From NCBI GenBank assembly GCA_951406725.2, contig OX597823.1, forward strand, positions 84,382,001 to 84,446,000: a DNA stretch of 64,000 bases. The letters run 5' to 3'. The notes below the pieces were generated by a model, which saw only the letters and a list, made by a program, of their open reading frames with translations, searched no databases and was not told where the DNA came from. The position numbers were made by a program, and so were the translations under genes. Source of the stretch: Octopus vulgaris (Eukaryota). Position 1 is the first letter of the stretch, and every line of letters begins with the position of its first letter. Shown piece by piece: positions 27,110-42,079 of this stretch.

Positions 27110-27965
27110 TTACATTTCTTGGCAGTAAGGGAAACTCGAATGCATTTCTCGATCACGAAATGATCAATCGTTTAGGGAAAACATAGATTACATTTAGCAA
27201 ACCCCGTAGGCGTCTCTGGAATGAGAAGGGCATCAAACTAGACCTCTAGATACAGGTCTAAAAAGCTGTCGGACTGACCACACAGTTGTATGGATCAGAA
27301 TCGTGGACTCCATATAGGTTGCACATCAACCAACTAGTTGTCCTTCATAAAGGCCATCCTCCAGCAATCTGCGGATACAATCATGAAGGCATATTATCAA
27401 ATGTCAAACTCTTCACAAAGTGTAAAACTGGACTCATTGAGATTTTCTCATGCAGTCACATTTACATTGGGGTGCTGATGTCATCAGAATAAATGAAGAA
27501 AGAACACCTAAAGTTCTCATGTATAACTAGCTTGATAGTGGACACATAAATATTGAACAGCTATGACTCAGGTACAAAGATAAACGGAAGAATAATCTTC
27601 CAGTAATTATATAACTTGGATTTGGTTAAAAAGAGACGATGAGCGATGGCTAGAAGTATATTGAGTTCTTCATAACCAGCTGATCTAGCTAGCGGAGCCT
27701 CATATCAGTGAGGGGGACCGGTGCGCATTGATGCCGTCGAGAGGTAGGCCCCGAAACGGCGCGCATTCACTCCTGATGACCCCATACACTTGCTAGCTTC
27801 CAATATACGGAGCTTTTAACTGGTACCACTTGCATGTGCAAGTTGTTTGCGAGAAATCTAGACCTTTAAGCAAGTGGCTCTGCTACGGAAGAAACTGGAG
27901 ATATGTGTGTCAAGATGGGATCAGGAGCTTCAAATCCGGCTGTATCCATTGGTTATGAGATCTAA
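27110..27965 (+). mobile_element. RTE LINE 3' fragment with an internal insertion (about 27605-27850)
   Basis: LYGSESWTPYR.HINQL, W.ADVIRINEERTPKVLMY, LRYKDKRK, then WRYVCQDGIRSF after the insertion. Confidence 0.8.
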
Positions 27966-28971
27966 GAAGGAGGATAAAAATCATTATTTAGCATAGCAGC
28001 AACGTTGTCCTGTAATCCACGCCATTACGCTATCTGTGGACAGGTTTGAAAATATTTGGCGGAACTAAAATAACATGCCCGACTTAAGCATCCAAGCTGG
28101 ATAAATTGAGCTGGTTGTTGAATACTCATGCGTCGAAACCGATGCGAGAGTTTATCCTCTTCCTCCTCCCTCCCTCCCTCCCTCCTCCTCCTCCTCCTCA
28201 TCATCATCATCATCATCATCTCCTATCGTACCACACACAAACATATACTCATATACAAACACTCAAACTTCTACACATAAAAACATGAATATGCAGAATA
28301 CACACATACAAACGAACACAAACGCATATATATATATACATACACACACACGCATACATACATTGATACATACATACATACATACATACATACATACATA
28401 CATACAAACATTCATACATACATATGTGTATACACATGCACGCTGACGCACACACTTGCACACAAACAGATAAACAACCAAAAAGAACGCAGCTATGATA
28501 AAGGACAGAGTCAACGGCTATTGAAAAGTTTATAAGACGCAGCGAAAATTTTAGAAAAATAAATGAGTGAGCGGAAATCGAACCGGTGAGTGTGTTATGT
28601 AATAAGACACTAAAAGAGAATGCCTCTCCCCAGGCACAATGATATATATATATATGTATGTATGTATCTATAAATGTGTATGCACACATTTATATACGAC
28701 AATAGCGAACAGTGAGAATGAGTGCGTAAGACGCACTGGTGGATAAGTATTCTTTAATTGCTGTTTAACAAGACTACCAACGGTTTCACGCTTGGGAACT
28801 ATTTACAATTTTCAAGTCGGCCACTTGTGAACATTACTATTCGTCTCCAATGTATATAATAGTTGACAAGTAGCATATATTCTAGTGATCTTGAACCTCG
28901 AATCTATCAACGGTTAAACTGACAGTTGTATTGTAATGAATAGTTTTTTCCTGCTTTTGATCGACTATATA

Positions 28972-29039
<68 letters not shown>

Positions 29040-29574
29040 TACATATATACATATATATATACATATATATGTACATATATATAATATATATATTGTATTA
29101 TATGTTATTTATAGGGTGAGTATATATATATATATGCATACACACCATCACCTGTATACATGTAAACATATTCTTTGTATAAAAAGTACATTATGTACTT
29201 GTTTAAGACGACTAGAATCGGTATAATTTTGTATTTCATCTCAATATACTCTTTTGCCCTTTTGTATGAGAACGACCCTACTCAACCACCACACACACAA
29301 AAAAAAAAACGAATCACACGCAGACAAAGTGTTTATTGACATTTGACACGAAATTCATACATATCATAGAAGTAAATATGCAAGCGTAAATGTGTGCATA
29401 TGCACTTGGCATTTGTTTGCGGTCAGTCGCCGTGTTTGTTTCTTTTCTCTAGGTGCAACATTTATTATAGTAAAATAATATATACACACATATATATATA
29501 TATAAATATTTATATATATATATATATATATATATTTTTTGTTATATATATATATATATATATTTATTTATTTA

Positions 29575-29614
<40 letters not shown>

Positions 29615-30609
29615 TATATATATATATAAATAAATAAATATATATATATATATATATAAATAAATATATATATAAATATATATATATATATACATATATA
29701 TATGTGTGTGTGTGTATACACACACACACACATTTATATATATATATACACACTGATAAGTAAAATATACATATATAACAAATACTAAGGGATTGCGTAT
29801 AAAAATATAAAAAGAAATAAAAAACGTAATCGATAGATAAGAAAAAAAAAACGAAAATGAACAAACGGACAAGTAAACAAATATATAATCAAACAAATAA
29901 GATGATAAAACAAATAATATTTTTTCAAAAACATTCATTGTTTGTCTTTGTGCTTCGATCTTTTTATTTATCTTATTGCTTGCTATCTGTACTCTGCTCC
30001 AAATTTTGAAGAATAAGTTTGTCTTTATTCCCCCAGACTGACTTGTAATGTTGTAAATCATTTTTTTTTTGCTGCGGGGTTGGACGGTGGGTTGAAGTGA
30101 AGGCGATGAGTAAGTATTAGTGCTGGTGGTGTTGGTGTTGGTGGTGACATGTGTCAGCGTCTGTCAAGGAAAAAATGAATAAAGAGGGAAGAAAAAAGAG
30201 GAAGTTTAAAAAAACCCCCAGAAAATACTGTAGTTTCCATACGTATATTGAGAGAGGGGCTGATGGCTTTTGGTCGGGACGTGGGAGAAAAATAGACAAG
30301 TCTGTATAAAGGAATGAATGAATAAATAAAGTAAATAAATTAATAAATAAATGTATGAATAAATAAAAAAAATCATGAATACATAAATAAATTTAGAAAT
30401 AAATAAATAGATAAATTTCTATATAAAATTTCGTACATAAATTTCTACATTAATTTATGCATAAATAAACAAAAAAACGTCTCGTTTTATTCATGAAATA
30501 TAATGAAAAAAATCCTGTTTGCATGTATGTACGTATGTACATATGTATACATATGTATATGTATATTTATCCGTCCTTATTTATGTATATGCATGTGTAT
30601 ATATGTATG

Positions 30610-30653
<44 letters not shown>

Positions 30654-30805
30654 TCTGTATTCTAATCGTGGGGCAGATGAATTCAAAGTCTTGGCGGTTT
30701 CTACACTTACATTTATGTATATTTGTATAAATAGAATAAATATATTAATAAATTCGTTATATTCATGAAATATAACGAATATAAATTAGAAACCACGGAC
30801 GCTAA

Positions 30806-31079
<274 letters not shown>

Positions 31080-31452
31080 CATTTATTTGCCACCAGGACG
31101 AAGGATGAGGGGACATTACAAAAACCACACAAGATAAGTGAAATGGTAAAATAAAGAAATAAGTAACAAAAATTTTGTATCACGGTAATAATAATGATAA
31201 TTCCGTTCTACTAGGGGCACATTTTTGGGGAAACTAATCGATTATACTGAATACTCGAATGGTACGTATTTTCTCGACCTCGGAAGGATAAAAGGCAAGA
31301 GGACCGTGGCGGAATGTTGACCTCAGAACGTAAAGACGGACGAAGTGCCGCGAAATATTTTGTCCGGCATGCTAACGTTTCTGTTTGCTCACCTCCTTAG
31401 TAGTAGTAGTATTAGTAGTAGTAGTAGTAGTTGTAGTAGTAATAACAATAAT

Positions 31453-31507
<55 letters not shown>

Positions 31508-31534
31508 GTAATAATAATAATAATAATAATATCA

Positions 31535-32118
31535 CAGACACGACAGAGTTGGGACCTATATACACTGGAAACTATGCCAACATTATGGAATAACAACAGA
31601 AAAAAGATGGTATAGGCACACACAAGAAAAGGTCACAGAAAACGAGAAAGCAACCATATTCTGGGATATGCCAATACACACAGATAAAGAAATTAAGGCC
31701 AACAGACCAGATATAGTTGTCAGAGATCATAAAGAAAAAATGTTTTCTAATTGATGTATCAATACCAGCAGATGACAACATGTCTCTAAAAGAAATGGAG
31801 AAACTTTCAAAATACAAAGACCTGGAAATAGAGGTAACCAGAATGTGGAATCTAAAAGCAGAAACAATTCCTATCATAATATGTGCATTAGGCATGATAA
31901 AAAAATATTCAGAAAAATACATAACAAAAACACCAAGACTTACAAACACATATAACATACAGAAAATTGCACTACTAGGCACTGCACACATCCTACGCAG
32001 AACACTTTCCATACAATAACCATCAGAGCATCACAACAAATCACAGCACATACCCAAGGCACACAGTGCTGCGCTCGGTAGTGAAGTGAAAGCACGATAT
32101 AAAAAATATACTACTGAA
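31535..32118 (+). mobile_element. R4/Dong LINE 3' end (restriction-like endonuclease domain) between (TAA)n tracts
   Basis: WDMPIHTDKEIKANRPDIV, FLIDVSIPAD, EKLSKYKDL, IQKIALLGTAHILRRTL. Confidence 0.9.
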
Positions 32119-32144
32119 TAATAATAATAATAAAAATGATAATG

Positions 32145-32205
<61 letters not shown>

Positions 32206-32215
32206 CAATAATAAT

Positions 32216-34038
32216 AGAGGTACTAAGGATCAACTCCTGATAGACAAAACTGTACTTAGGGACAGCAAGAGAAGGAAAAGTAACTTAGCTATATCATGGA
32301 TCGACTATCGTAAGGCGTACGGTATGATCCCACATTCTTGGATTATGGCGTGTATGAACCTATTTGGTATTGCATCGAATGTTGAGCGATTGCTTGGAAA
32401 AAGTGTGACAAATTTGATGATGGACCTGATAGCATACGGAAGAAGTTCAGGGACAGTTGAAATTAGGAGGGGCATCTTCCGAGGGGACTGACTTTCCCCA
32501 CTGATCTTTGTGCTGTACTTGATACCAGTGACACTGTTTCTGAGAGAAAGCAAAAGCTGGGTGTGTATTCAAAAGACACCAACAAAAAGTCAGCCATTTG
32601 TTATTCATGGATGACCTCAAACCTTATGGTAAAGATGAAGCCCAAGTCAGGTCCCACGTTGATACGGTGTATATCTTCTGTGCTGATAACAGAATGGAGT
32701 TCGGACTGAGAAAGTGTGGTGTGTTAGTATTGAAGAGAGACAAAATCGAATGTATGGACGGGGTGAAGATACCGTCGGTGGAGTTATGACGCAGATAGAA
32801 GAGATGGGCTATAAGTACTTGGGGATTTGGGAAATTGAAAACTTGATGGAGAAAGAAATGACAGAACAATTTAAGGTGGAGTACGTGTGTAGACTGAGAC
32901 TGATACTCAAGTCGAAATTAAATGAACGGAATAAAATTGAAGCGATCAACACCCGGGCGGTTTCACGCATAAGATATGGAGCAGGGATAATTGCATGGAC
33001 AGTAGACGAACTAAACAGCTTAGACAGAAAGACAAGAAAGTTGCAAACTAGATATGGGTCACTCCACCCAAAAGGTAATACAGACGGACTGTATGTACCA
33101 AGAAAGAGAGGGGGAAGAGGACTTATTGGATGCGAACACAGCATTAGAGCAGAAGAAAACAACATAGCATAGTATGTAAAAAATTCCACACAACCGCTAT
33201 TACTAGAAGTAAGAAGGTCAGGTTTGTGTAGGATGACAGATTGCAAAGATAAAGCACTGTACAAGAGATTGTAAACGAATGAAATTGAAAATAGGTGGGT
33301 GAAGAAAAGAATTCATGGTCAATTTCATAGGGATGTTGAAGATAAGATAGTCAGAGAAAAAAGATGGCTGTGGATGACTAAAAGTGATTTAAAACCGGAA
33401 ACGGAGGCTCTAATCTGTGCTGCCCAAGAGCAAGCACTAAGAACAAACTACATAAAATACAAAATAGAATATAAGAGACGCCACGACAATATAGCCAGGC
33501 TTGTCCATTGGACAATTTGCAACAAGTATAGACTTGATAGATCAAAAAATTGGTACGACGACAAACCTGAAGGCATCGTCGAAAACAAAGATGCAAAGAT
33601 CCTATGGGATTTTATGATTCAGTGCAACCATGAGATAGAGAATAGTAAGCCGGACATCGTTTTAATTGAGAAAAAAACAAACTATGCTGAATCACAGATA
33701 TAGCATGCCCAGCTGACAGTAAGGTATGCGATTAGGAAGAAAGAAAAGTTGGGAGATATGACAGGTTAGCTTGGGAAGTTAAGCAGTTTTGGTCGATGAA
33801 AAAGGTAGCAGTAGTACCAATAATTGTCGGAGCCCTGGGTAAAGTGAGCAAAACTCTCGAGAAGTACATGGAACAAATAGGGGCTGCAATAAGGGTGGAG
33901 CACTTGCAGATAACAGCACTGCTTGGAACCGCTCGAATATTTCGGATGGTGCTCAAAAAATAAGAGATGTTACCTTGGTTCACTGATAGTGAGCAGCTGA
34001 CACTGTAGTACATCTCCAGCATTAGAAGCTGTGCAGAT

Positions 34039-34040
<2 letters not shown>
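32216..34040 (+). mobile_element. R4/Dong LINE (RT plus restriction-like endonuclease), 5'-truncated and degenerate, between (TAA)n tracts
   Basis: WIDYRKAY, LSPLIF, HLLFMDDLK, YKYLGI, LYVPRKRGGRGL, ETEALICAAQEQAL, RRHD, ILWDF..KPDIV. Confidence 0.93.
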
Positions 34041-34106
<66 letters not shown>

Positions 34107-34349
34107 CACAGGAGTATTTTTAGAGACTTGAAAGACAGCTGAAAATTTGTAGATACTTAAGGTTACAGGTAATCCGCCACCCACATGAACCCTATCAGGA
34201 ATAAGATCGAACCTGAACCAAACCAAAACCATAATAGGTTCCAGGCAGTGGCAGTCATGGTTTTCGGTGGTATTTGAACGTAAAGAGCCGGAAAAAATAC
34301 AGCCAAGGGTTTCTGTCCGGCATTCTAACTATTCTGCCATTTCAGCTCC

Positions 34350-34462
<113 letters not shown>

Positions 34463-34630
34463 CTGCATATATCTATTTTTAGATATAATTTTTTGTCTGT
34501 GTTCTTTTATTTTTTATTACATTACACTCCTTACTTGGAAGGGATGTTGACGAAGTAGGAGAAACCTTGGAAATATTTCTATTTATTGTGTGGCCTCATC
34601 GTATAATCGTCCGCCCTGCATATAATATAA

Positions 34631-34778
34631 GGCTGTGTGGTAAGAAATTTGCTTCCCAACCACATGGTTCCGGGTTCAGTCCTACTGCGTAGCAATTTAG
34701 GCAAATGTCTTGTACTATAACCTCTGGCCAACGTAAGCCTTGTGAGTGGATTTGGTGGACGGAAACTGAAAGTGACCT

Positions 34779-34863
<85 letters not shown>

Positions 34864-35040
34864 CCTACCAGTATTTATGTGTTTACGGTTCCGTAACTTA
34901 ATGGTTCGGCCAAAGAGAGCGATAGGTTCCAGGTTTACAAAAGAAAAAAAAATTAAGTACTGGGGCAAGAATTCTCCAACACACTGCACCAGCATGGCCG
35001 CACCCAAATGACTTGAACAAATAAAAGATTAAATAAAAGA
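34631..35040 (+). mobile_element. SINE family A with internal (TA)n expansion
   Basis: Head and tail match family A. Confidence 0.8.
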
Positions 35041-35788
35041 CAGTGGGGGGAAATCTACGAAACCTTGTGTATTATTTTATGCAAATGTTTTAATATTATC
35101 TTCTATTCCTAAGACAAGTGAAGGCAACGGATAGGGTTGGGGCTTGGTTATTATTATACTTACTGTTCTAACAAACAAATATAATTGATTAGGTTTTTTT
35201 TCTATTTAAAATAAAATACACAAAAAAATAAAGGACTGAATGATATTCAACAAAGACACCAGGCACCACCGCATAAAACAAATGAAGTAACAGTTGCCAA
35301 AATTACAAATCCCTTAAACTTACCAACCACACTTTCCAGCAAAAAAAGAGTAATTGAGTAAATAAAAAATATAGAAATAAATAAAATATAGAAATAAAAT
35401 AAAATTAAAAAAATGATAATGTAAGGCGAGGTATTGGTGGTAGAAGAGTTGGGGAACGGGAGACCACTGATGTCTTCACTCTTTAATTCACAAAGTCTAA
35501 ATTAAAAGTTCTTTGAGCAAACAAGAGAGTCTTTAAAGGGTCATTCGAATTGTTTGGAATAGTGGATCTGTCTCTCCCTCAAATCACATCCATAAAAGGA
35601 AGGACACATTAGAGAATGCTGAGCTACATACAAACGTACATTGTTGTCGTTATAATTTCTAAAATTCGAGGCAACGTGAAATAATTCTGGTTTTCGAACG
35701 GTGGGTACGAAAATCATATACACACACACATACACATGAATGCACGCATACATGCACACGCAAATATGCATATTCACATGTGTGTGTG

Positions 35789-35828
<40 letters not shown>

Positions 35829-35839
35829 CATACATATAC

Positions 35840-36294
35840 GCTCTTTACTCTTTTGCTTGTTTCAGTCATTTGATTGCGGCCATGCTGGAGCACCACCTTT
35901 AGTCGAGCAAATCGACCCCAGCACTTATTCTTTGTAAGCCTAGTACTTATTCTATCGGTCTCTTTTGTCGAACCGCTAAGTTACGGGGATGTAAACATAC
36001 CACTATCGGTTGTCAGGCGATGTTGTGGGGTAACAGACACAAACATATATACACACACAAACACACACACATACACACACACACAAACACATTCACGCAC
36101 ACACACACACACATATATATATAAATATATACGACGGGTTTCTTTCAGTTTCCATCTACCAAATCCACCTACAAAACTTTGGTCGACCCGAAGCTATAGT
36201 AGAAGACACTTGCCCAAGGTGCCACGCAGTGAGAATGAACCTAGAACCATGTAGTTGGTAAGTAAGCTACCTACCATACAGCCACTCCTGCGCC
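35840..36294 (-). mobile_element. SINE family A, full length
   Basis: Colinear with 14508-14937 in reverse. Confidence 0.9.
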
Positions 36295-36312
36295 TATTAT
36301 ACATACATATAC

Positions 36313-36407
<95 letters not shown>

Positions 36408-36579
36408 TATATGTGTTGTTGTGTGTGTGTATATATGTATGTACACACACACACCTTATAGTCGCTGAATATTTCGGGTCCTACAACATTCACTTTCATG
36501 CACGAAACCACGTAACTTAATAATCTTTTAAAACTTATTATAATTTCTGTTTGGTAGTAATCATCTATAGTCCTAGCCC

Positions 36580-37127
36580 TATTTCATTCTTTTAGAACTC
36601 TTCAGCATGATTAAAACTCTAACTTATTAATTACAATGAGAGGGGGAAAGAGTGGGGGAAGGAGAGAAAGAGATTTCATTAACATTAAAGATGGAAATAT
36701 TTCATTGACTACTGTTTCATCAACAAGTATTCAAATCAAACAAGACAGCTTTAACTGCAATTAGATTCTTTGTTCTGTACTATTTCACCCTTTTTTTTAA
36801 AATAGAAATCTTCACTATGATTTAACCTATAACTTATCGATTAGATATATTACGGAGAGAGACGTTTTAGTAAATTTTAAAACAAAATAAATTCCTTGTC
36901 GACTGTTTCAGCTACAAGTATCTGAATCAAATGAGGTAGCTTCAGCCACAAGTAGATTCTTTGTCATGCACTATTTCTCCCTTTTTAGAAATTTTCAGCA
37001 TGATTAAACTTATACCTTATCTCTTATATTATAAAGTGAGACTTTATAATATAAATACTGTTTTAGCTACAAGTATTTGAATCAAATGAGACAGCTTCAA
37101 CCGTAATTCGATCTTCTGTCCTGCATT
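36580..37127. repeat. Degenerate tandem repeat, about 3 units of roughly 155-215 bp
   Basis: TAGAA.T.TTCA..ATGATT.AA recurs near 36592, 36802 and 36986. ACTGTTT.A...ACAAGTAT...AATCAAA recurs near 36711, 36902 and 37057. Confidence 0.75.
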
Positions 37128-37900
37128 TCAGCGACACGGACTGAGTGAATGAATCAAGGGAAAACAGTTCTAACAGCGCATTGAACAACTGTTTTTGACT
37201 CTTAAATTTTGCTTCTTTACGAACATATGACCATTCTACAGCACAATCAAATCTCTGTGACAGCGAGGTATAGCAGACAAAAAGATAAAAATATAGGAGA
37301 AAGAAAAAAATGATGAAATGAAAAGAAATAGCAAAACACCAAGATAAAATAAAATAAAAAATCTATAAAGAATCAAAACGAAAGAATAAAAAGATTGAAG
37401 GTATATAGTATGATTATTATAAAAAGAAGAATAGGTTTTCACTCATAGCTTGTTGTACCATTGCACTGACAGGAAAAGAAAGAGAAGACACGGAGAAGAT
37501 TGCAAGGATCAATGTTTATTTAGAATCATTGTTACTGACTTATTATTGCTTGGTAAGTCTGCATTGGACAGGAAGAGAATACGGAGAGATAGAGGTATCT
37601 TAGAAGAGGGAGGTAAGTGCAGATCGTAGGTAGGAAGTTTGGCTTTTAAAATTTTTTTCTTTATTCTGTTCTTTCTTTTTTTAGTATATGAGTGTATGGT
37701 TAAGGGCTGGGTGAGCTTAGGAAGCTCGAGCGAGAAAGATGGAGAAATGGTGAGATGGGAGAGATAGTGTTTGAGAGAGAGAGAGAGAAGCGATACGGAA
37801 GGTTTTTTTGATACAAATAGAGATAGTACTATATGAGGTAAAATAAGACAGTTAATTTATATGTATTCAGGTTTTAACAAATAAATGATACATTGGAAAT

Positions 37901-37979
<79 letters not shown>

Positions 37980-38255
37980 TTTATATATATATATGCATAT
38001 ATGTATATATCTTTATATATATATATATATATAAAGATATATACTGTATATAGTATAACATATATGTATATATACATAAATTCATATATATACATATATA
38101 TATATATATGTATATATATACATATATATATATATATATACATAAATTCATATATATATGCATATACTTATACATATATATATGTATATATATATATATA
38201 CTTATACATATATAACCATATATATCAATATCTCTATATAATATATATATGTACG

Positions 38256-38317
<62 letters not shown>

Positions 38318-38645
38318 GTATATATTCATATGTATATGGTTTGTGTGTGTAACAATCATAATCTATTCATTCAGAAGATTGTTTCTGTCTCTCTTTTTCT
38401 CTCTCTAACACTCTGTCACTATCTCTTACTCTCTCTCACTCTCTCCCTCTATCTCTCACGCGTTCTCTCACTCTCTACCACTGCTTTGCTCCTTTTTTTT
38501 TGTTTCTCTCTCTTCTCTTTCTCTCTCGCCCTTTCTCCCTCTTTTCCGATGTCATTGGTGTTATTCCCTTCTATCTGACTGAAAGAAAGATGGACAAGAT
38601 TTAACAATAGGAAAACACCGAAGACGTGCGCCATCTTTACTGCGG

Positions 38646-38752
<107 letters not shown>

Positions 38753-38893
38753 ACAAACACACACATATATACACACACACACAAACACACACACACACGC
38801 ACACACACACACACATTTACAGCAAAATCAACACAACCAATTACAGAGCAACAAATACATACATACATATATACATATATATATATGCATATA

Positions 38894-38952
<59 letters not shown>

Positions 38953-38988
38953 GTATATATGTATATATATATATATATATGTATATAT

Positions 38989-39044
<56 letters not shown>

Positions 39045-39838
39045 CCAGAAGAGAGATGGAGGGTGAGAGGAAAAGAGACAAAGAGACACAGAGAGAGTAT
39101 ACGTTATACAGTTCAGATATAAGTAAAACCAGATGTATCATAGATTACTTTGGTATAGCTATTGTATAAATCTAGAATATTGTAGTATAGAGGTGGAACA
39201 AACAAAAATACACACACACACACACACATACACATGTAAGTGTGTATGTGTGTGTGTGTGTGTGTATGTGTATAAGTATACTTTATAAGAAAGCCCCCCC
39301 CCCCCTCCGAATTCGGAGTTATACATACAAATAATAAGAAATATCGATAGAAAGAAATTGTCGAATGCCAAATGTTTACAAACGAACAAATAGTGTGGTA
39401 GAGAGAAAAAAGATTCAGAAATTGCACCAGAAAAGATTTATTTTAGGTTGTCATGTATTATTATAAGCATATAATAAGAAGCTGAGGCGATTAAAGTATG
39501 ATAACAGAGAGAAAGTGAGAGAGAGAGGGGGGGAGGAAGAGTGAGGACAGAGGGGGGGGAGTAGATTAATCATATTTTGTATGTATGTGTGTAGTTATTT
39601 CTTTCGTTATTTTACTCTTTGTACTTTCGACACTTCACACATACATGTGTGTACGAATGTGTGTGTATAATGCATATATATGCATGGTTTCTTGTATATA
39701 TGTGTTTGTATATAAGTATGTATGTATGTATGTATGTATGTATGTATGTATGTATGTATGTATGTATGTATATACATATAAATATATATAGAAAGATAGA
39801 AAGCTATACATATGTCAATAAATGTTTGTATGTATGTG

Positions 39839-39890
<52 letters not shown>

Positions 39891-39923
39891 TAGATATAAT
39901 ATATATATATAATAGATAGATAA

Positions 39924-39959
<36 letters not shown>

Positions 39960-39974
39960 AAAGGTGTGCACAGA

Positions 39975-40190
39975 TATATAGTCAGAGTAGTTGATGGAGT
40001 TTCGTTTTTCATGGGTCCGCAAATGAGATTGAAGCCCAGCAAAAGAAAGGCATGGTGTGTCACAAAATGTGCACACAAAAAGGTCACTGAGTTTCACCAT
40101 CTCGCACCATACACTCTTGAGCACTGCATGTGTTATCCTGACCTCCTCAAACGCTTTCACTCTACTCCAGATTTTTGTTCGCCATCCACC
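39975..40190 (-). mobile_element. RTE LINE extreme 3' fragment with C2H2 finger
   Basis: KAFEEVR...FVCTFCDTPCLSFAGLQSHLRTH, typical of RTE C-termini. Confidence 0.7.
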
Positions 40191-40217
40191 TGTCTCTATA
40201 TATATAGGGGCAAGCCT

Positions 40218-40600
40218 AGCTGTGTGGTAAGAAGCTTACTTCACGACCACATAATTCAAGGCTCATTCCCACTGTGTTGCACCTTGGGTAAGTGTCTTCT
40301 ACTATAGCCTCGGGCTGTAATAAGAGACCATAGTAAGACCAAAGCCTTGTGAGTGTATTTGGTAGACGGTAAATGAAAGAATCTCGTCCCCCCCACACAT
40401 GTATATATTTGTGTGTTTGAGTCTGTGTTTGACAACCGTTGCTGGTGTCTTTCTGTCCCTGTAACTTAGAGGTTCAGCAAAAGTGACCGATAGAGTAAGC
40501 GCTAGGCTTCGCAAAGAATAAGTCTTCGAGTAAAACCCTTTTAGGCGGTGCTCCAGCATGTCCGCTGTCAAATGAATGAACCTAGTAAAAGAATAAAAGA
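40218..40600 (+). mobile_element. SINE family A, diverged
   Basis: Head, core and tail motifs present. Confidence 0.82.
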
Positions 40601-40644
40601 ATAAATAAATAGATAGATAAAGACACACACACACACATTATATA

Positions 40645-41865
40645 TTAGGTCGGCAACTAAGTTCCCACCGTTTTTTAAAATAAAAGTTTTTTAAAGATTT
40701 GGTAAAAAATAACAACTAATTAATGAATAATGTATTCACCCTTCTTGTTTACAACTTCTTTCCAATGTTCAACAAGATTTTCAATACCCCGTTGGTAGAA
40801 ATCACCCGACCTCGACTCGAAAAATTGATCCAACCAAGCTGACTATGTATCAGTATTGATACATAGTCTGTATTGAACGAAACTCCGCGCATAGCATTTG
40901 AAAGAGATCGAAAGAAGTGGAAATCCACTGGTGCCAAATCAGGAGAGTACGTCGGATGTGGCAGCACTCCCCAGCCATGCGTTTGAATGGCTTCCTTGGT
41001 CATATTGGCGATATGCGGGTGGACGTTGTCGTACAGCAGAACTCCATGCTGCCGACTAGGTATTTTCTCTTGAATAGCCATGTTGAGTCGTTCCATCTGT
41101 TGAACATAGAGTTCCGCGTTGACCGTTTGGTTCCGTTCAAGCAATTCGTAATGGATAATCCCTTCCCAGTCCCACCATATACACAACATCGTTTACGCGG
41201 ATGAAGATCTTGTTTCACGCTTGTTTACCGGTGCTAAGCCATTCCTTACGCTGCTTCATATTGATGTACAGGTACCATTTTTCGTCGCCAATAACGATTC
41301 GCTAAAGAAATCGTTGCTTGTGTCCATGAGTTGAGCGGTGACGAGCAAGCAAACCAGTAGAGAGTGTGGCTCGTTGATTTTTATTGTTTTCACTTAAAAC
41401 ATGCGGAATCCATACCGCAGAACATTTCCCATCGAGTGAAGATACTTCTCTATAGCTGTGTGGGGGCATTCTGTATTTTCTGCCAGTTCCTTTGTCGTTT
41501 GACAAGAATTTTCGTGCAAAAGTTGGTTTAATCGCTCTTCATCGAACTCAACTGGACGGCCAGAACGAGATGTGTCTTTGAAGTCAAAAATTTCCATTTT
41601 TGAACCTGGCATACCAATCAAGAGCGGTTCTTTCAGCTATGGCACCATCTCCACACAGCACAAATGTCGCGAGCAGGTTTTGCGACCTTAGAACCTTGAT
41701 TAAAAGCAAAAAGGTGTCGAAGAGGCTCGTTTTTTTTAAAACTTGACATTCCATATTAATGCTCTGAAAATAAACAAAAATTAACAAAAATTAACCAGAA
41801 AATAAAAAAAAAACAAAATAGATTCCAAAATGATTCAAAAATAGATTTCTCAAAACATAAAAAAA
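40645..41865 (-). mobile_element. Mariner of the same family as 19632-20923, 5' TIR missing
   Basis: TIR TTAGGTCGGCAACTAAGTTCCC after TA. Motifs WIPHVL, MLCIWWDWEGIIHYELL, YSPDLAPVDFH. Confidence 0.93.
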
Positions 41866-42035
41866 CCCAGATTGGCGCAGGCGCATTTGTGTGGTAAGTT
41901 GTTTGTTTCTCAATCACGTGGCTCCCGATTCAGTTTCATTGCGTAGCACCATAGTGTCTTCTACTATAACCTCGAGTCGGCCAAAGCCTTGCAAGTGGAG
42001 ATGGTAGGTAGTTGGAAACTGAAAAAAAGCTCGTA

Positions 42036-42070
<35 letters not shown>

Positions 42071-42079
42071 ATATGTGAC

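Noticed and set aside
36580-37127. CRISPR-like array
   Set aside because: Units are long and degenerate, the context is eukaryotic and there are no cas genes.
38561-38640. [19 protein letters not shown] as a signal-peptide exon
   Set aside because: Runs straight into GA-rich low-complexity sequence with no usable donor site.
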